Positions 29,144 through 38,950 of a stretch of 64,000 bases of DNA are shown here, piece by piece. Position numbers and translations under genes: made by a program. Position 1 is the stretch's first letter, and each line of letters opens with the position of its first letter. Source of the DNA: Acidimicrobiia bacterium (GTDB taxonomy: Bacteria; Actinomycetota; Acidimicrobiia; Spongiisociales; UBA11373); NCBI GenBank assembly GCA_035464675.1, contig DATHSA010000081.1, positions 32,100 to 96,099 of the forward strand, written 5' to 3'. The notes beneath the pieces were generated by a model that saw only the letters and a program-made list of their open reading frames with translations, was not told the origin of the DNA and ran no database searches.

Positions 29144-29584
29144 CTACGCGCAGTCCCGGCAGAGCTTCTTGCGCTTGTCCGCGAGTTGGCTGGCGCGCTT
29201 CACGAGGAAACAGGACGAACAGACGAACTCACCCTGACCGGCGGACTCGGCGGGGGTATCCAGTTCGATCGCCTCCCGCCGGAGCTTGCGAAGCTCCTCT
29301 GCCTCGTCGACAGGGAGGCTCTCGGCCTCCTCGTCCTCCGTGAGCATCTCCAGCTCTTCGGCTTCGAGCTCATCGAGAGCTTCGCTCTCTTCGTCCTCGT
29401 CCGACTCGTCGTCGCCTTCGTCCTCGTCGACATCCTCGTCGTCGAGGTCGATCTCATCGATCTCCTCGGCGTCCACATCGTCGAGGTCGATGTCGTCGAT
29501 GTCGTCGAGGTCCTCTTCGGGTTCCTCGTCCTCGGTCCACTCCTCGTCGGGCTCGAGGTCGTCGTCGTTGTCGGGAGGCGCCAT
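29144..29584 (-). CDS. highly acidic protein with C-terminal 4-Cys zinc ribbon (DUF4193-like)
   Basis: 146 aa, about 50% Asp/Glu, C-terminal FVCSSCFLVKRASQLADKRKKLCRDCA. Strong SD (GGAGAA) 4 nt upstream of ATG 29582-29584. The rest of ORF 29144..30550 is an artefact. Confidence 0.75.
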   Translation of the reverse strand: MAPPDNDDDLEPDEEWTEDEEPEEDLDDIDDIDLDDVDAEEIDEIDLDDEDVDEDEGDDESDEDEESEALDELEAEELEMLTEDEEAESLPVDEAEELRKLRREAIELDTPAESAGQGEFVCSSCFLVKRASQLADKRKKLCRDCA

Positions 29585-29658
29585 CGTTCTCCAAGGGGGG
29601 TCGAAGCGGGCGGAGTATATCGCCGGCTCCCGTGTGCTCGCCGATGGAACCTGCCCGA

Positions 29659-30468
29659 TCAGATCGCCAGGCGAACGGCACCGGGCAGGCAGGTCACACG
29701 GAACGCGCCCTTGCCGATTCGTATTCCGTCGACGGATACCCGCCAGGCGGCCGGAGCGTCGATGAAGGCCCCGGCCAGCGATCGCCGTCGCACGTGATGT
29801 GACCGCACATGCATTCCCGTGCGCATGGTCCGGCGGAGCCGGGACAGCGCGATCCGGTGCCCGTTGTACATCTGTATGTCCAGCATCCCGTCGACCGTGG
29901 TCGATCGGGGGGCAACGACGCGATCTCCCCAGAACTGCCCGTTCAGGACCAATGCTCCCGATGCGACCGCCTCTGTCGCCGAATCCCCACTGGCCACGGC
30001 GACCCCCCGCACCGGCAGCAGCGGCCACGGCCACCATGGGAACCACCCGGGACCTCCGGCCAGGACCCCGGCGGCCACGGAGTTGACGAACACCATCTGC
30101 CCGAAGTCTCCCTCGATGTGGCCGGCGTCGACGAGGTATGGGGTGTGATTGACCATTCGGTCCACGGCGCCGGCGACGGTCTGGTCGGCGGCGAAGGTCC
30201 GCATCAGATCGGACGTGCGGGAGACGACCACCAGATCCGTCTGACGGCCGACGCCTCGTGCCCGAATCTCCTCGATGGTGGCTGCGAGGATGGGATCCTC
30301 GCCCTCGACGCCTATCCGTCGAAACCCACGGTCCAGGGCGTCGCCCACCACCGCCGGGAGGTCCCCTGCATCCACGACGATGCACTTGTGGGCAACGGTT
30401 CCCTTGGTGAGTCCTTCGGTGAGGCCCTCGGCGGTGGCGGGCCGGGTGGCGAAGATCTGCCAGGTCAC
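29659..30468 (-). CDS. conserved hypothetical protein downstream of helY
   Basis: 269 aa (VTWQIFATRPATAEGL...), GTG start overlapping the helY stop (GTGA). No confident family assignment. Confidence 0.5.
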   Translation of the reverse strand: MTWQIFATRPATAEGLTEGLTKGTVAHKCIVVDAGDLPAVVGDALDRGFRRIGVEGEDPILAATIEEIRARGVGRQTDLVVVSRTSDLMRTFAADQTVAGAVDRMVNHTPYLVDAGHIEGDFGQMVFVNSVAAGVLAGGPGWFPWWPWPLLPVRGVAVASGDSATEAVASGALVLNGQFWGDRVVAPRSTTVDGMLDIQMYNGHRIALSRLRRTMRTGMHVRSHHVRRRSLAGAFIDAPAAWRVSVDGIRIGKGAFRVTCLPGAVRLAI

Positions 30469-32960
30469 AGCGCACCCTGTGCGGCCACGACTCCGCGGTC
30501 GAGGCCCCGCAGCGCCTCGCGGACGCCCCGAGGGGCGTCTTCCGCGACATCCTCGATCTGCCGGAGGAGGTCTATCAGCTGGCGGCAGTTTCGCACGAAG
30601 TCCCCGACCGGAGCCTCCTCGTCCTCGAAGAGCTCGGCCAGGCCTTCGCCGTCCACCCAGCGCAGTGCCAGTCCTGCGAATCCGGCGTCCGGTGGCCGCG
30701 TCTGCTGGAGGCCGGCGCTTCGCTCCATGGCGGCGATCTCGCCCCACAGTTCTTCGACACGGGCAGCCCGGTTCTCGATCCCCGGTGGCCAACCTCCCAC
30801 GGTTTCGGTTCGACGGGGTTCGTAGGTGAATGCCGAGGCAAGGGCCGCCGTCTCCGCTCCATCGAGCCCATCGAATAGACCCCGATCGAGGGCCTCGGCG
30901 AGCACCAGGTCCATCTCGTTGTAGACCCGGCGCAGTCGTTCTCCCTTGTCGGTCAACGACCAACCTCGGACATAGCCCCGACTCTCGAGAAGCCCGAGCA
31001 AGGCCCGGAACTCGCCGACGAGCCCGGGGCCGAGGGCACCCGCCTGGCGGCGCCGTGCCTCGAGCCGGGACTCGACCCTGCGTGCGGTGCGGGCCGCCTC
31101 GATGTGGCGCTGTAGCGCAGGGTCGGCCTCTGCCGCGGCCTCCAGGACCAGGACCCGCTCGGTGGGATCGAAGGCGTCGATGGCCGCGGCAACCTGCCGG
31201 CGGTAACCGGCGTCGCGGGGCCGAAAGGGTCTGGGGAGATCGATTCGGCCGAGCCGGGCAACGGTCTCGGGAAGGCGGCCCGAGGCGATGCGCCTTATCT
31301 GTCCCTCCTCGGAGACGGTGAGCAGGCGCGGCCGTTTCCCGGTGCCCCTGGACACCACGGCATGCCGGACGGTGGCACCCCGGTCCTCCCACTCGAGGAC
31401 ATCCCCTGGGCTGGTCGTCGCCGCGAACTCGGTCAACGCTCGATCCCGGGACACCGGCCCTTCGTCGACGATCGCCCAGATGTCGACATCGGGATGTTCG
31501 GCCTGGGGGCGGAGCTCTGCGAGGCGCCTCTCGTCGGCCTCGATCTCCTCGGCGAGCTCGGCGCGGTGTCGTCCCTCCCGGAACTGGGCGAAGGAGGAGC
31601 CGAGGAGTTCCTCGGCACGGTCCCGCTCGTACCGCGCCACGAGGTTCACCGTCATGTTGTAGGTGGGGCGAAACGACGACCGCAAGGGATGGCTTCCCCG
31701 CGCGGCGATCCCGGCGGCGCGGTCGAATGGCACATACGGCGAGTGGAGGACGACCGCGGTGCCCGCCTCGTCGATGCCCCGCCGACCTGCTCGTCCGGTC
31801 AGCTGCGTGTAGTCGCCAGGCTGAAGCAACTCGTGCGTCTCACCCGTGAACTTCGAGAGATTCTCGAGTACGACCGTTCTCGCCGGCATGTTGATGCCCA
31901 GCGCGAGGGTCTCGGTGGCGAACACCAGGCGCACCCTCCCTCGGGCGAAGAGGTACTCGACGGTCTCCTTCATCGCGGGGACGAGCCCGGCATGGTGCGA
32001 TGCGATACCTGCCTCCAGCGCGTGAAGCCATCGGTCGTACCCGAGCACTCCCAGGTCTTCCGGCCGGAGGTGCGAGGTGTTCGCCTCGGCGACCGAACGA
32101 ATCTCGGCGGCCTCCTCGGAGGATGTCAGCCTGAGCCCGCGAGCCACGACGCCCGACGCGGCGCTGTCACAACCGGCACGAGAGAAGATGAAGTAGATCG
32201 CCGGCAGAAGTCGACGGCGCCGGAGCAATTCGCAGGTCTCGTGACGTCGGGGTGAGGCGTACCGCCGTGCCGCCTGCGGCCCGCGGAGCGTCTTTGCCAC
32301 GCGTTCGTTGGGGCGATTGCCCTGGAAGATCGGGAAGAGTCGCAGGGATCCCTTCTCCCATCGATCCCGGATCAGATAGGTCGACTCCAGGGGCACCGGG
32401 CGCTCGGTCTCCACCACCAGCTCGGTGTCGCCCCTCCTCTCCCGCACCCAGGCGGCGAACTCGTCGGCGTTGGCGACGGTCGCCGAGAGGCAGACCAGGG
32501 GGATCCGGCGGTCCAGATGGACGATGATCTCCTCCCAGACGCCGCCTCTGGCCGGATCCTGGAGGTAATGGACCTCGTCGAGGATCACGACACCCACATC
32601 CTCGAGATCGGGGCTGCCGGCGTACATCATGTTTCGCAGCACCTCGGTGGTCATCACCACGATCGGGGCGGACCCTTTGATCGAGTTGTCGCCCGTGAGG
32701 AGGCCCACCGCGGCATCGCCATGCGACTCCCGGAAGTCGCCGAACTTCTGGTTGGACAGAGCCTTGAGGGGTGTGGTGTAGACGGCGCGTTCACCGCGCT
32801 CGAGTGCCCGGGCGATGGCGGCTTCGGCGACCACCGTCTTGCCAGACCCGGTTGGCGCGGTCACGACGACCGACGCGCTCCGGTCGATCGCCCTGGCGGC
32901 GTCGATCTGGAATCGGTCCGCAGGGAACGGCAGGCCGTCGACGTAACGGAGGGCGCTCAC
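30465..32960 (-). CDS. helY: Ski2-like ATP-dependent RNA helicase HelY
   Basis: DEAD/DEAH helicase motifs (APTGSGKT, DEVH, SAT), rRNA-processing arch and DSHCT-like C-terminus. GTG start (VSALRYVDGLPF) overlaps the tatC stop (GTGA). Confidence 0.85.
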   Translation of the reverse strand: MSALRYVDGLPFPADRFQIDAARAIDRSASVVVTAPTGSGKTVVAEAAIARALERGERAVYTTPLKALSNQKFGDFRESHGDAAVGLLTGDNSIKGSAPIVVMTTEVLRNMMYAGSPDLEDVGVVILDEVHYLQDPARGGVWEEIIVHLDRRIPLVCLSATVANADEFAAWVRERRGDTELVVETERPVPLESTYLIRDRWEKGSLRLFPIFQGNRPNERVAKTLRGPQAARRYASPRRHETCELLRRRRLLPAIYFIFSRAGCDSAASGVVARGLRLTSSEEAAEIRSVAEANTSHLRPEDLGVLGYDRWLHALEAGIASHHAGLVPAMKETVEYLFARGRVRLVFATETLALGINMPARTVVLENLSKFTGETHELLQPGDYTQLTGRAGRRGIDEAGTAVVLHSPYVPFDRAAGIAARGSHPLRSSFRPTYNMTVNLVARYERDRAEELLGSSFAQFREGRHRAELAEEIEADERRLAELRPQAEHPDVDIWAIVDEGPVSRDRALTEFAATTSPGDVLEWEDRGATVRHAVVSRGTGKRPRLLTVSEEGQIRRIASGRLPETVARLGRIDLPRPFRPRDAGYRRQVAAAIDAFDPTERVLVLEAAAEADPALQRHIEAARTARRVESRLEARRRQAGALGPGLVGEFRALLGLLESRGYVRGWSLTDKGERLRRVYNEMDLVLAEALDRGLFDGLDGAETAALASAFTYEPRRTETVGGWPPGIENRAARVEELWGEIAAMERSAGLQQTRPPDAGFAGLALRWVDGEGLAELFEDEEAPVGDFVRNCRQLIDLLRQIEDVAEDAPRGVREALRGLDRGVVAAQGAL

Positions 32961-33673
32961 CGTCGGAGGGTGAAGCGCACGATCCAGATCGTCGCCTCGT
33001 ACAGGAGGTAGAGGGGGATCGAGAGGAGCAGCAGGGTCAGAGGATCGCCGCTGGGGGTGATCACGGCACCGACGGTCACGATCAGGAGCACCGCCCACCT
33101 GCGACCCGATGCGAGCCTTCGCCACGTGACCGCCCCGACCGCGGCTGCTGCGTACAGGAAGACCGGGAACTCGAACGAGAGCCCGAAGACCAGGAGAAAA
33201 CGCATGGCAAACGACAGGTAGTCGTTTCCGCCGATGACCGGGTCCAGGTCGTCTCCTCCGAAGTCGATCAGGAACTCGAGACCGCGCCCCAGCGACCAGT
33301 AACCGACGGCGAGCCCGGCGAGGAAGAGGATCACGAGCACCATGACGATCGGCACCACGACTCGCTTCTCCCGCTTCGTCAAGGCGGGGGCGATGAAGGC
33401 CCATACCTGCCAGATCACAACCGGGCTGGCGATGACGAAGCCGCCGAAGAGCGAGAGACGCATGAAGAGGCTGAACGCCTCCGTGGGCCGGAAGAACACG
33501 AGGTCGTTCCCGGCGGCGATGTCCTCGTAGGGGGCGACGATCAGGTCGAAGATCCAGTGGCGGAACACGAAGGCCACGATGGCTCCGGCGACCACGGCGA
33601 TCGATGCCTTGATGAGGCGGTTGCGCAACTCCTCGAGATGGCTCGTCAGGGGCTGCGCCGGGTGCGCCGTCAT
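32957..33673 (-). CDS. tatC: twin-arginine translocase subunit TatC
   Basis: 238 aa, six TM helices, typical TatC N-terminus (LTSHLEELRNRLIKA). Confidence 0.9.
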   Translation of the reverse strand: MTAHPAQPLTSHLEELRNRLIKASIAVVAGAIVAFVFRHWIFDLIVAPYEDIAAGNDLVFFRPTEAFSLFMRLSLFGGFVIASPVVIWQVWAFIAPALTKREKRVVVPIVMVLVILFLAGLAVGYWSLGRGLEFLIDFGGDDLDPVIGGNDYLSFAMRFLLVFGLSFEFPVFLYAAAAVGAVTWRRLASGRRWAVLLIVTVGAVITPSGDPLTLLLLSIPLYLLYEATIWIVRFTLRR

Positions 33674-33921
33674 GCCCCCGGGCCGGCGTCGTCGGCCTTC
33701 GGGTCGAGTGTCGAACCCATCGAACGCCTCACCTCGCTCAGAGACTCGGCTGCCTCCTGATATTCGCTCTCGATGCCACGGCGCAGGTCTGCCGCGGTGT
33801 CACGGAGGTCTCGGATCACGCTGCCGGCCCTGCGAGCGATCTCGGGCAGCCGCTTGGGGCCGAACACGATGAGAGCGATGGCGCCGATCGTCAGGATCTC
33901 CGCCGGGCTGACGCTGAACAC
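33670..33921 (-). CDS. tatA: twin-arginine translocase subunit TatA
   Basis: GTG start; TM helix plus hinge and amphipathic helix (ILTIGAIALIVFGPKRLPEIARRAG). Confidence 0.8.
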   Translation of the reverse strand: MFSVSPAEILTIGAIALIVFGPKRLPEIARRAGSVIRDLRDTAADLRRGIESEYQEAAESLSEVRRSMGSTLDPKADDAGPGA

Positions 33922-34003
33922 GGTGTGATGGTAGGTGCGGAAGAGCGTTGCCCGTTGCCCGTCACCCGGCCCTGTGGGAGGGGGCGACGGGAGCGGTCTT
34001 TGT

Positions 34004-34300
34004 TCAGCCTTCGGCGGTGAGCCGGTCGGCCCACTCGCCGGAGTCGAGGGCGCTGATGAAACGCCGGATCTCTGACTCCGTGATCGGCCCGCCGTCGTCG
34101 ACGACCTCATAGGCGACACCCGTGGCGAGCAGGATGCTGACCACGCGATGGTTTGCGGGGCGGCGCTGCGGGTCGCCGCACGTCGGGCACGAGAAGAGGT
34201 ACGAACCGGTTCCGTTCAGGGCGGTCAATTCGAGAGTGAGCTCCGCGGGGATCAGTTCCACCTCGCCGCACACGGCGCAGGTCGTCCGGATCTGGGTCAT
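34004..34300 (-). CDS. small zinc-ribbon protein (DUF3039-like)
   Basis: 98 aa, CAVCG...CPTCG (CxxC-N23-CxxC). SD GGAGACC 5 nt upstream of ATG. C-terminal region of ORF 34004..35341; the rest is an artefact. Confidence 0.6.
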   Translation of the reverse strand: MTQIRTTCAVCGEVELIPAELTLELTALNGTGSYLFSCPTCGDPQRRPANHRVVSILLATGVAYEVVDDGGPITESEIRRFISALDSGEWADRLTAEG

Positions 34301-34380
34301 CGGTGGTCTCCAATGCGATGCAACATCTCCCGTCGTATCGGAGAGGATCTGGGGCCCCTGAATGACCATTTGACACCTAG

Positions 34381-35307
34381 TCACCCGTACCGCTCCAGAA
34401 TTCGCCGTCGAAGGTCGCGAGCCGCCTCGGCGACCTCGGAACCCTCCACGATGGACCCGGCACCTCCCAGACGAAGCACCAGGCGGGCGGGCGTGGCCGT
34501 ATCCCCGGAGGAGAAGTCGATCACCTTCCGTCCGTTCTCCTCGGACACCACGGAGACCGGGTAGTAGTCGGCGACCCATGTGGCCTCGGGCGCCAGATCC
34601 AGGCGCACCGTCACGTCGTCGACGCCAGGCGTGTACCGGATCTCGGGCGCCGGCGGCACGTCGGGAGGGCTGAAGCGCTCCCCTGTCGGCCGCGCGGCGC
34701 GGATGCGATCGATACGGAAGACCCGTTCGGCGCCCGCGAGGCGACAGTGGCCGGTCACGTACCAGTTCCCGAGTGTCGCCGACACCGCCCAGGGTTCGAT
34801 GTCCCGGTCGGTGGTCTCGCCCGATCCGATGGCGGTGTAGGTGATGGCGACCACTTCGCCGGCCGCGGCGGCGCGCCGGAAGAGGTCGAGAGTGTCGGGT
34901 TCGGCCGCAAGGTCGACCTCCACCGCACCTTCGTCCGGCACCACGACCTGCTGCAACTTCGCCACCGCGCTCTCCAGAGCGGGAGGCGCCGCCCCCGACG
35001 ACATCACCGCGAGTCCTGAGGCCAGCAGCATCAGAGCTTCGGTGGCGGTGAGGCGCACAGGGCGAGCGAAGTAGTCGGCCATGTCGACGATCACCTCGTC
35101 TTCGTCGACGAACGCCTCCATGAGATCGCCGGGGCCGTAGCCAGGGAGGCCGCAGACGAAGACGAGGTTGAGATCCTTCATCAAGTCGTCGCGTGAGTAG
35201 CCGAACCGTTTGCAGACCTCTTCGATCGTGGCCCCGGGGTTGGCGATCACCCAGGGGAGCATCGAAAGGATCCGGGTGAGGCGCTCGGCGGTGCGAGGGC
35301 TGCTCAC
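34381..35307 (-). CDS. pafC: proteasome accessory factor PafC (HTH plus WYL domain)
   Basis: N-terminal wHTH, central WYL-like domain; overlaps pafB by 4 nt. Confidence 0.8.
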   Translation of the reverse strand: MSSPRTAERLTRILSMLPWVIANPGATIEEVCKRFGYSRDDLMKDLNLVFVCGLPGYGPGDLMEAFVDEDEVIVDMADYFARPVRLTATEALMLLASGLAVMSSGAAPPALESAVAKLQQVVVPDEGAVEVDLAAEPDTLDLFRRAAAAGEVVAITYTAIGSGETTDRDIEPWAVSATLGNWYVTGHCRLAGAERVFRIDRIRAARPTGERFSPPDVPPAPEIRYTPGVDDVTVRLDLAPEATWVADYYPVSVVSEENGRKVIDFSSGDTATPARLVLRLGGAGSIVEGSEVAEAARDLRRRILERYG

Positions 35308-36248
35308 AGGGCTCCCTCGACGTGCGTGACGAACCGATCACGCAGCTCCTGAGGCTCCAGGATCTCTGCGGCGTCCTCGAAGCCGATCATCCAGCCCACG
35401 AACGCGTCGGGACTCGCCACCGGGAAGGTCGCTTCGATCGAACCATCAGGGGATTCCTCGATGGTCGCCGACGACGACAGTTGGCGTCTGGCCCACCACG
35501 CGATGTCCGCGTCGAAGTGCACCTTTGCCATGATGTCCTGCTCTCCGGCCTCCCAGGGAGCGTCGGGGAAGTCGTCCGATGCCCGGAAGCCCGGTGGGCG
35601 CTCGAAGGCGCCGGGGTCGCCGGCCGAGATCGCCGACATGCGGTCGACTCGAAAGGTACGGCGCTCCCTGCCGATCTGCCCGACCACGTACCAATGCCCC
35701 ATGCGGTGCACGAGGCCCCAAGGGCGCAACTCACGCTTCAGGTCGCGGTACTGGAAGCGCAGGACCCGGCGCTCGGTGACGCCGCGGAACACCTCTGCGA
35801 GAGCCTCGGCTCCGGCGCCCAGGTCGGCGGCCAGCGGATCCCCCGTGGCGGCGATCGAGACACCACCGAGTTTGAAGAGCGCTCCTGGGCCAGGGGCCTG
35901 GCCACCGAGCCGGACCATGCGCGTCGCCAGCCACAGGGCCGCTCTCTCCTCGTCGGTCAGCCCCGGATCGGGTAGGGAGTATTGATCGGGGGAGACGACA
36001 TAGCCCTGCTCCACCTCCCAGGCGTCGGTGTGTTCGAGATGGAGCGGCACCCCCAGTTGCCGCAGCAGGTCCTTGTCGCGCTCGAACGTGCGCCGGAATG
36101 CCTCGTCCGTCTCCTGGTCGTATCCGGCCACCGTGTTGCGGATCTCCTCCGCGGTCACCGGCCGACCCACCGTGAGGAGGAATGCCAGAAGGTTCAGGAT
36201 GCGCTCGATCACCCGGTGCATTGCCCTGGACTGTATCGACGCGGCCAC
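35304..36248 (-). CDS. pafB: proteasome accessory factor PafB (HTH plus WYL domain)
   Basis: Paralogous to PafC; located between pafA and pafC. Confidence 0.8.
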   Translation of the reverse strand: MAASIQSRAMHRVIERILNLLAFLLTVGRPVTAEEIRNTVAGYDQETDEAFRRTFERDKDLLRQLGVPLHLEHTDAWEVEQGYVVSPDQYSLPDPGLTDEERAALWLATRMVRLGGQAPGPGALFKLGGVSIAATGDPLAADLGAGAEALAEVFRGVTERRVLRFQYRDLKRELRPWGLVHRMGHWYVVGQIGRERRTFRVDRMSAISAGDPGAFERPPGFRASDDFPDAPWEAGEQDIMAKVHFDADIAWWARRQLSSSATIEESPDGSIEATFPVASPDAFVGWMIGFEDAAEILEPQELRDRFVTHVEGAL

Positions 36249-36297
36249 AACGGCGGAAGGAGCCGGGTCCGGCCCTACCGGTGGCGATCGTCGCGTC

Positions 36298-37653
36298 CTA
36301 CAGGCTGGCGATCAGCTTCTCGACCCGCTCGTCGACGGCGCGGAACGGGTCCTTGCAGAGGACCGTGCGTTGGGCCTGGTCGTTGAGTTTGAGGTGGACC
36401 CAGTCGACGGTGAAGTCACGGTTGCGGGCCTTGGCCGCCTTGATGAAGTCGCCGCGTAGGCGGGCCCGCGTCGTCTGTGGGGGGTCCAGCAGAGCGCGGT
36501 CGATGTCCTGGTCCGTGACGATCCGTTCCATCAGCCCCTTGCGCTCCAGGAGGTAGTAGAGGCCGCGCTCCCGGGTGACGTCGTGATAGGCGAGGTCGAG
36601 AAGCGACAGGCGCGGATCGCTCAGGGCAAGCCCTCTGCTGGCACCGTACTCCTCGATGAGGTGGTATTTCGCCACCCAGTCGCACTCCCGCCGGAGCGTG
36701 AGCGGGTCCTTCTCGAGCCCGGTGAGGAGGTGCTCCCACATCTGGACGGCGCTCTGCACCTGTGGCGGGAATCCGGTCGTACGGGCATACCGGATGACCC
36801 GTTCGAGGTACTCCCATTGCATGTCGAGCGCCGACAGTTCCCGGCCATTGGCGAGGCGGACCTTTCGACGGCAGGTGATGTCGTGGCTGATCTCGCGGAT
36901 GGCGCGGATCGGGTTCTCGAGCGTGAGGTCACGGAACACGACATCGTTCTCGAGCATCTGGAGGATCGCCACGGTGGCGCCGACCTTCACGTACGAGACG
37001 TACTCGGACATGTTCGAATCGCCGGCGATGACGTGGAGCCGCCGGTACCTCTCGGCGTCGGCGTGGGGCTCGTCACGGGTGTTGATGATCGGACGGCTGC
37101 GGGTGGTCGCCGAGGACACTCCTTCCCAGATGTGCTCGGCGCGCTGCGCCAATGAGAACACGGTCCCCCGCGCGGTCTGCAGCAACTTGCCGGCGCCGCT
37201 GAAGATCTGGCGGCTCACGAAGAACGGGATCAGGGTGTCGATCATGCGCTGGAAGTCCGCCTGTCTGCTGACCAGGTAGTTCTCGTGGCAGCCGTAGGAA
37301 TTGCCGGCCGAGTCGGTGTTGTTCTTGAAGAGGTAGACCGTGCCCCGGATGCCCTCCTCCTCGAGCCGCTGCTCGGCCGAGTGGAGCAGCCCTTCGAGCA
37401 CCCGCTCCCCCGCCTTGTCGTGGGCGATCAGGTCGTACAGCGAGTCGCACTCCGGGGTGGCGTACTCCGGGTGGCTTCCCACATCGAGGTAGAGCCGGGC
37501 TCCGTTTTCGAGGAACACGTTCGATGAGCGGCCCCACGAGACGACCCGGCGGAACAGGTACCGGGCGACCTCGTCTGGAGACAGGCGGCGTTGGCCGCGC
37601 AGGGTGCAGGTGACCCCGTACTCGTTCTCCATGCCGAAGATGCGCCGTTCCAT
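36298..37653 (-). CDS. pafA: Pup--protein ligase
   Basis: 451 aa; FGMENEYG N-terminus; glutamine-synthetase-like fold paralogous to Dop. Confidence 0.9.
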   Translation of the reverse strand: MERRIFGMENEYGVTCTLRGQRRLSPDEVARYLFRRVVSWGRSSNVFLENGARLYLDVGSHPEYATPECDSLYDLIAHDKAGERVLEGLLHSAEQRLEEEGIRGTVYLFKNNTDSAGNSYGCHENYLVSRQADFQRMIDTLIPFFVSRQIFSGAGKLLQTARGTVFSLAQRAEHIWEGVSSATTRSRPIINTRDEPHADAERYRRLHVIAGDSNMSEYVSYVKVGATVAILQMLENDVVFRDLTLENPIRAIREISHDITCRRKVRLANGRELSALDMQWEYLERVIRYARTTGFPPQVQSAVQMWEHLLTGLEKDPLTLRRECDWVAKYHLIEEYGASRGLALSDPRLSLLDLAYHDVTRERGLYYLLERKGLMERIVTDQDIDRALLDPPQTTRARLRGDFIKAAKARNRDFTVDWVHLKLNDQAQRTVLCKDPFRAVDERVEKLIASL

Positions 37654-37680
37654 CGCGGGCGAGGGTACCCGGGAAGAGGG

Positions 37681-37756
37681 TTTCCCGTTACCCGTTACCC
37701 GTTGCCCGACCGCGTCGAACGGACACGGGAAACGGGTAACGGGAAACGGGTAACGG
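37681..37756 (-). repeat. heptad-hairpin element C
   Basis: tttcccgttacccgttacccgttgccc [loop] cgggaaacgggtaacgggaaacgggtaacgg; ends 5 nt after the stop of 37761..38120. Confidence 0.75.
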
Positions 37757-37760
37757 ATCC

Positions 37761-38120
37761 TCAGAACACGCGCATCAGTGCGCGGATCACCGCTGCGGCG
37801 AGGACCAGGGCCATGATCCCGGCGATGACCCGCATCGGGAGGTTGAGCGGGTTGGCGACGGCACCGCCTCTGACGGCCGGACTGAGCGTGTGGTCGATCT
37901 CCGAGATGGTGAGGATCTGGGCGGCGTCCTCGAGGTCCTCGACGTCGACCCAGATCTCGGTCACCGCCATCTCGCCGATCGTCATCTTGTAGGGCCCGAG
38001 GGCCTCACCGTGAAGACGGGTCGAAATGCCCGACGACTCGAGCAACGCCGCAGCGACACGCGCCGCAGCTGCGTCGCCAAAGCGAGCGAGCGAGACCATG
38101 CGGGTGGCCCGGGGTTCCAC
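37761..38120 (-). CDS. DUF2007-like small protein with C-terminal TM helix
   Basis: N-terminal 70 aa resemble the putative signal-transducing DUF2007 fold; C-terminal hydrophobic helix. Start may be M8. Confidence 0.45.
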   Translation of the reverse strand: MEPRATRMVSLARFGDAAAARVAAALLESSGISTRLHGEALGPYKMTIGEMAVTEIWVDVEDLEDAAQILTISEIDHTLSPAVRGGAVANPLNLPMRVIAGIMALVLAAAVIRALMRVF

Positions 38121-38166
38121 GGGAGAAGGGTATCGCCGATCCCGATCAGTGAGGTCCCCTCAGAAT

Positions 38167-38280
38167 CGTCGCCCGACGCCAGTTGCCCGGCGCCCGTCGA
38201 GTCACGGCGTGCCCGCCCGGGGGTCCATGGTGGGGGTCATCCTTCGGCCCGGTGGAGTTCAGACGGGCGGCGGGCGACCG
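38167..38280 (-). repeat. heptad-hairpin element E (degenerate copy)
   Basis: gtcgcccgacgcc...gcgcccgtcgag [loop] cagacgggcggcgggcgaccg; right arm ends 1 nt before the prcA stop. Confidence 0.5.
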
Positions 38281-38281
38281 A

Positions 38282-38950
38282 TCAGGCGGCCTCGATCTCC
38301 TCGTCCGTGAGCCTGCGGAAGGCGCGTCGGCCCAGGCTGCGGTCGAGGACTGCCGCCTCCCATCCCGTGACGCCGTTCTCGGCGACGGCCGTGCAAGCGG
38401 CCTTCGCCCACCCGAGCGCATCGGCAAGAGAGCCACCCTCCGAGTACGAGGAGTCGAGATGCGCCACCAGGTCATCGGCGGAGCCGCCGATCGCAGAGAG
38501 GCGCGTCTCCTCGTAGAGGGTGCCGTCGTAGGTGACGCGGTAGATGTGGCTCTGTTCATCCGCGTCGCCGATTTCGACGACCATCACCTCCACCTCGAAG
38601 GGCTTCACATCCTGCGTGAAGACGTGTCCGAGGGTCTGGGCATAGGCATTCGCGAGGCTCTTGGCCGTGACATCGTCGCGGGAATACGCGTACCCGGTCA
38701 GGTCGGCGCGGCGGATGCCGCCGACTCTGAGCTGTTCGAACTCCGTGTACTTCCCGACGCCGGCAAACGCGATGTGGTCGTAGATCTCCGAGATCTTCTG
38801 GAGGGTCCCGCTGGGGTTCTCGCCGAGCAACACGACCCCGTCGGCGAACTCCACGGCAACGATCGACTTGCCTCGGGCGATCCCCTTCCGCGCGTACTCT
38901 GCCCGGTCCTTCATCAGCTGCTCGGGCGGTACATAGAACGGGATGGTCAC
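38282..38950 (-). CDS. prcA: proteasome subunit alpha
   Basis: Alpha-subunit N-terminus (TIPFYVPPEQLMKDRAEYARKGIARGKS) and 20S fold. Confidence 0.9.
   Translation of the reverse strand: MTIPFYVPPEQLMKDRAEYARKGIARGKSIVAVEFADGVVLLGENPSGTLQKISEIYDHIAFAGVGKYTEFEQLRVGGIRRADLTGYAYSRDDVTAKSLANAYAQTLGHVFTQDVKPFEVEVMVVEIGDADEQSHIYRVTYDGTLYEETRLSAIGGSADDLVAHLDSSYSEGGSLADALGWAKAACTAVAENGVTGWEAAVLDRSLGRRAFRRLTDEEIEAA

Noticed and set aside
29144-31392. 468-aa and 577-aa ORFs spanning the acidic-protein and hypothetical genes
   Set aside because: Real products are the 146-aa C-terminal acidic Zn-ribbon protein and the 269-aa protein starting at GTG 30468; upstream parts are low-complexity.
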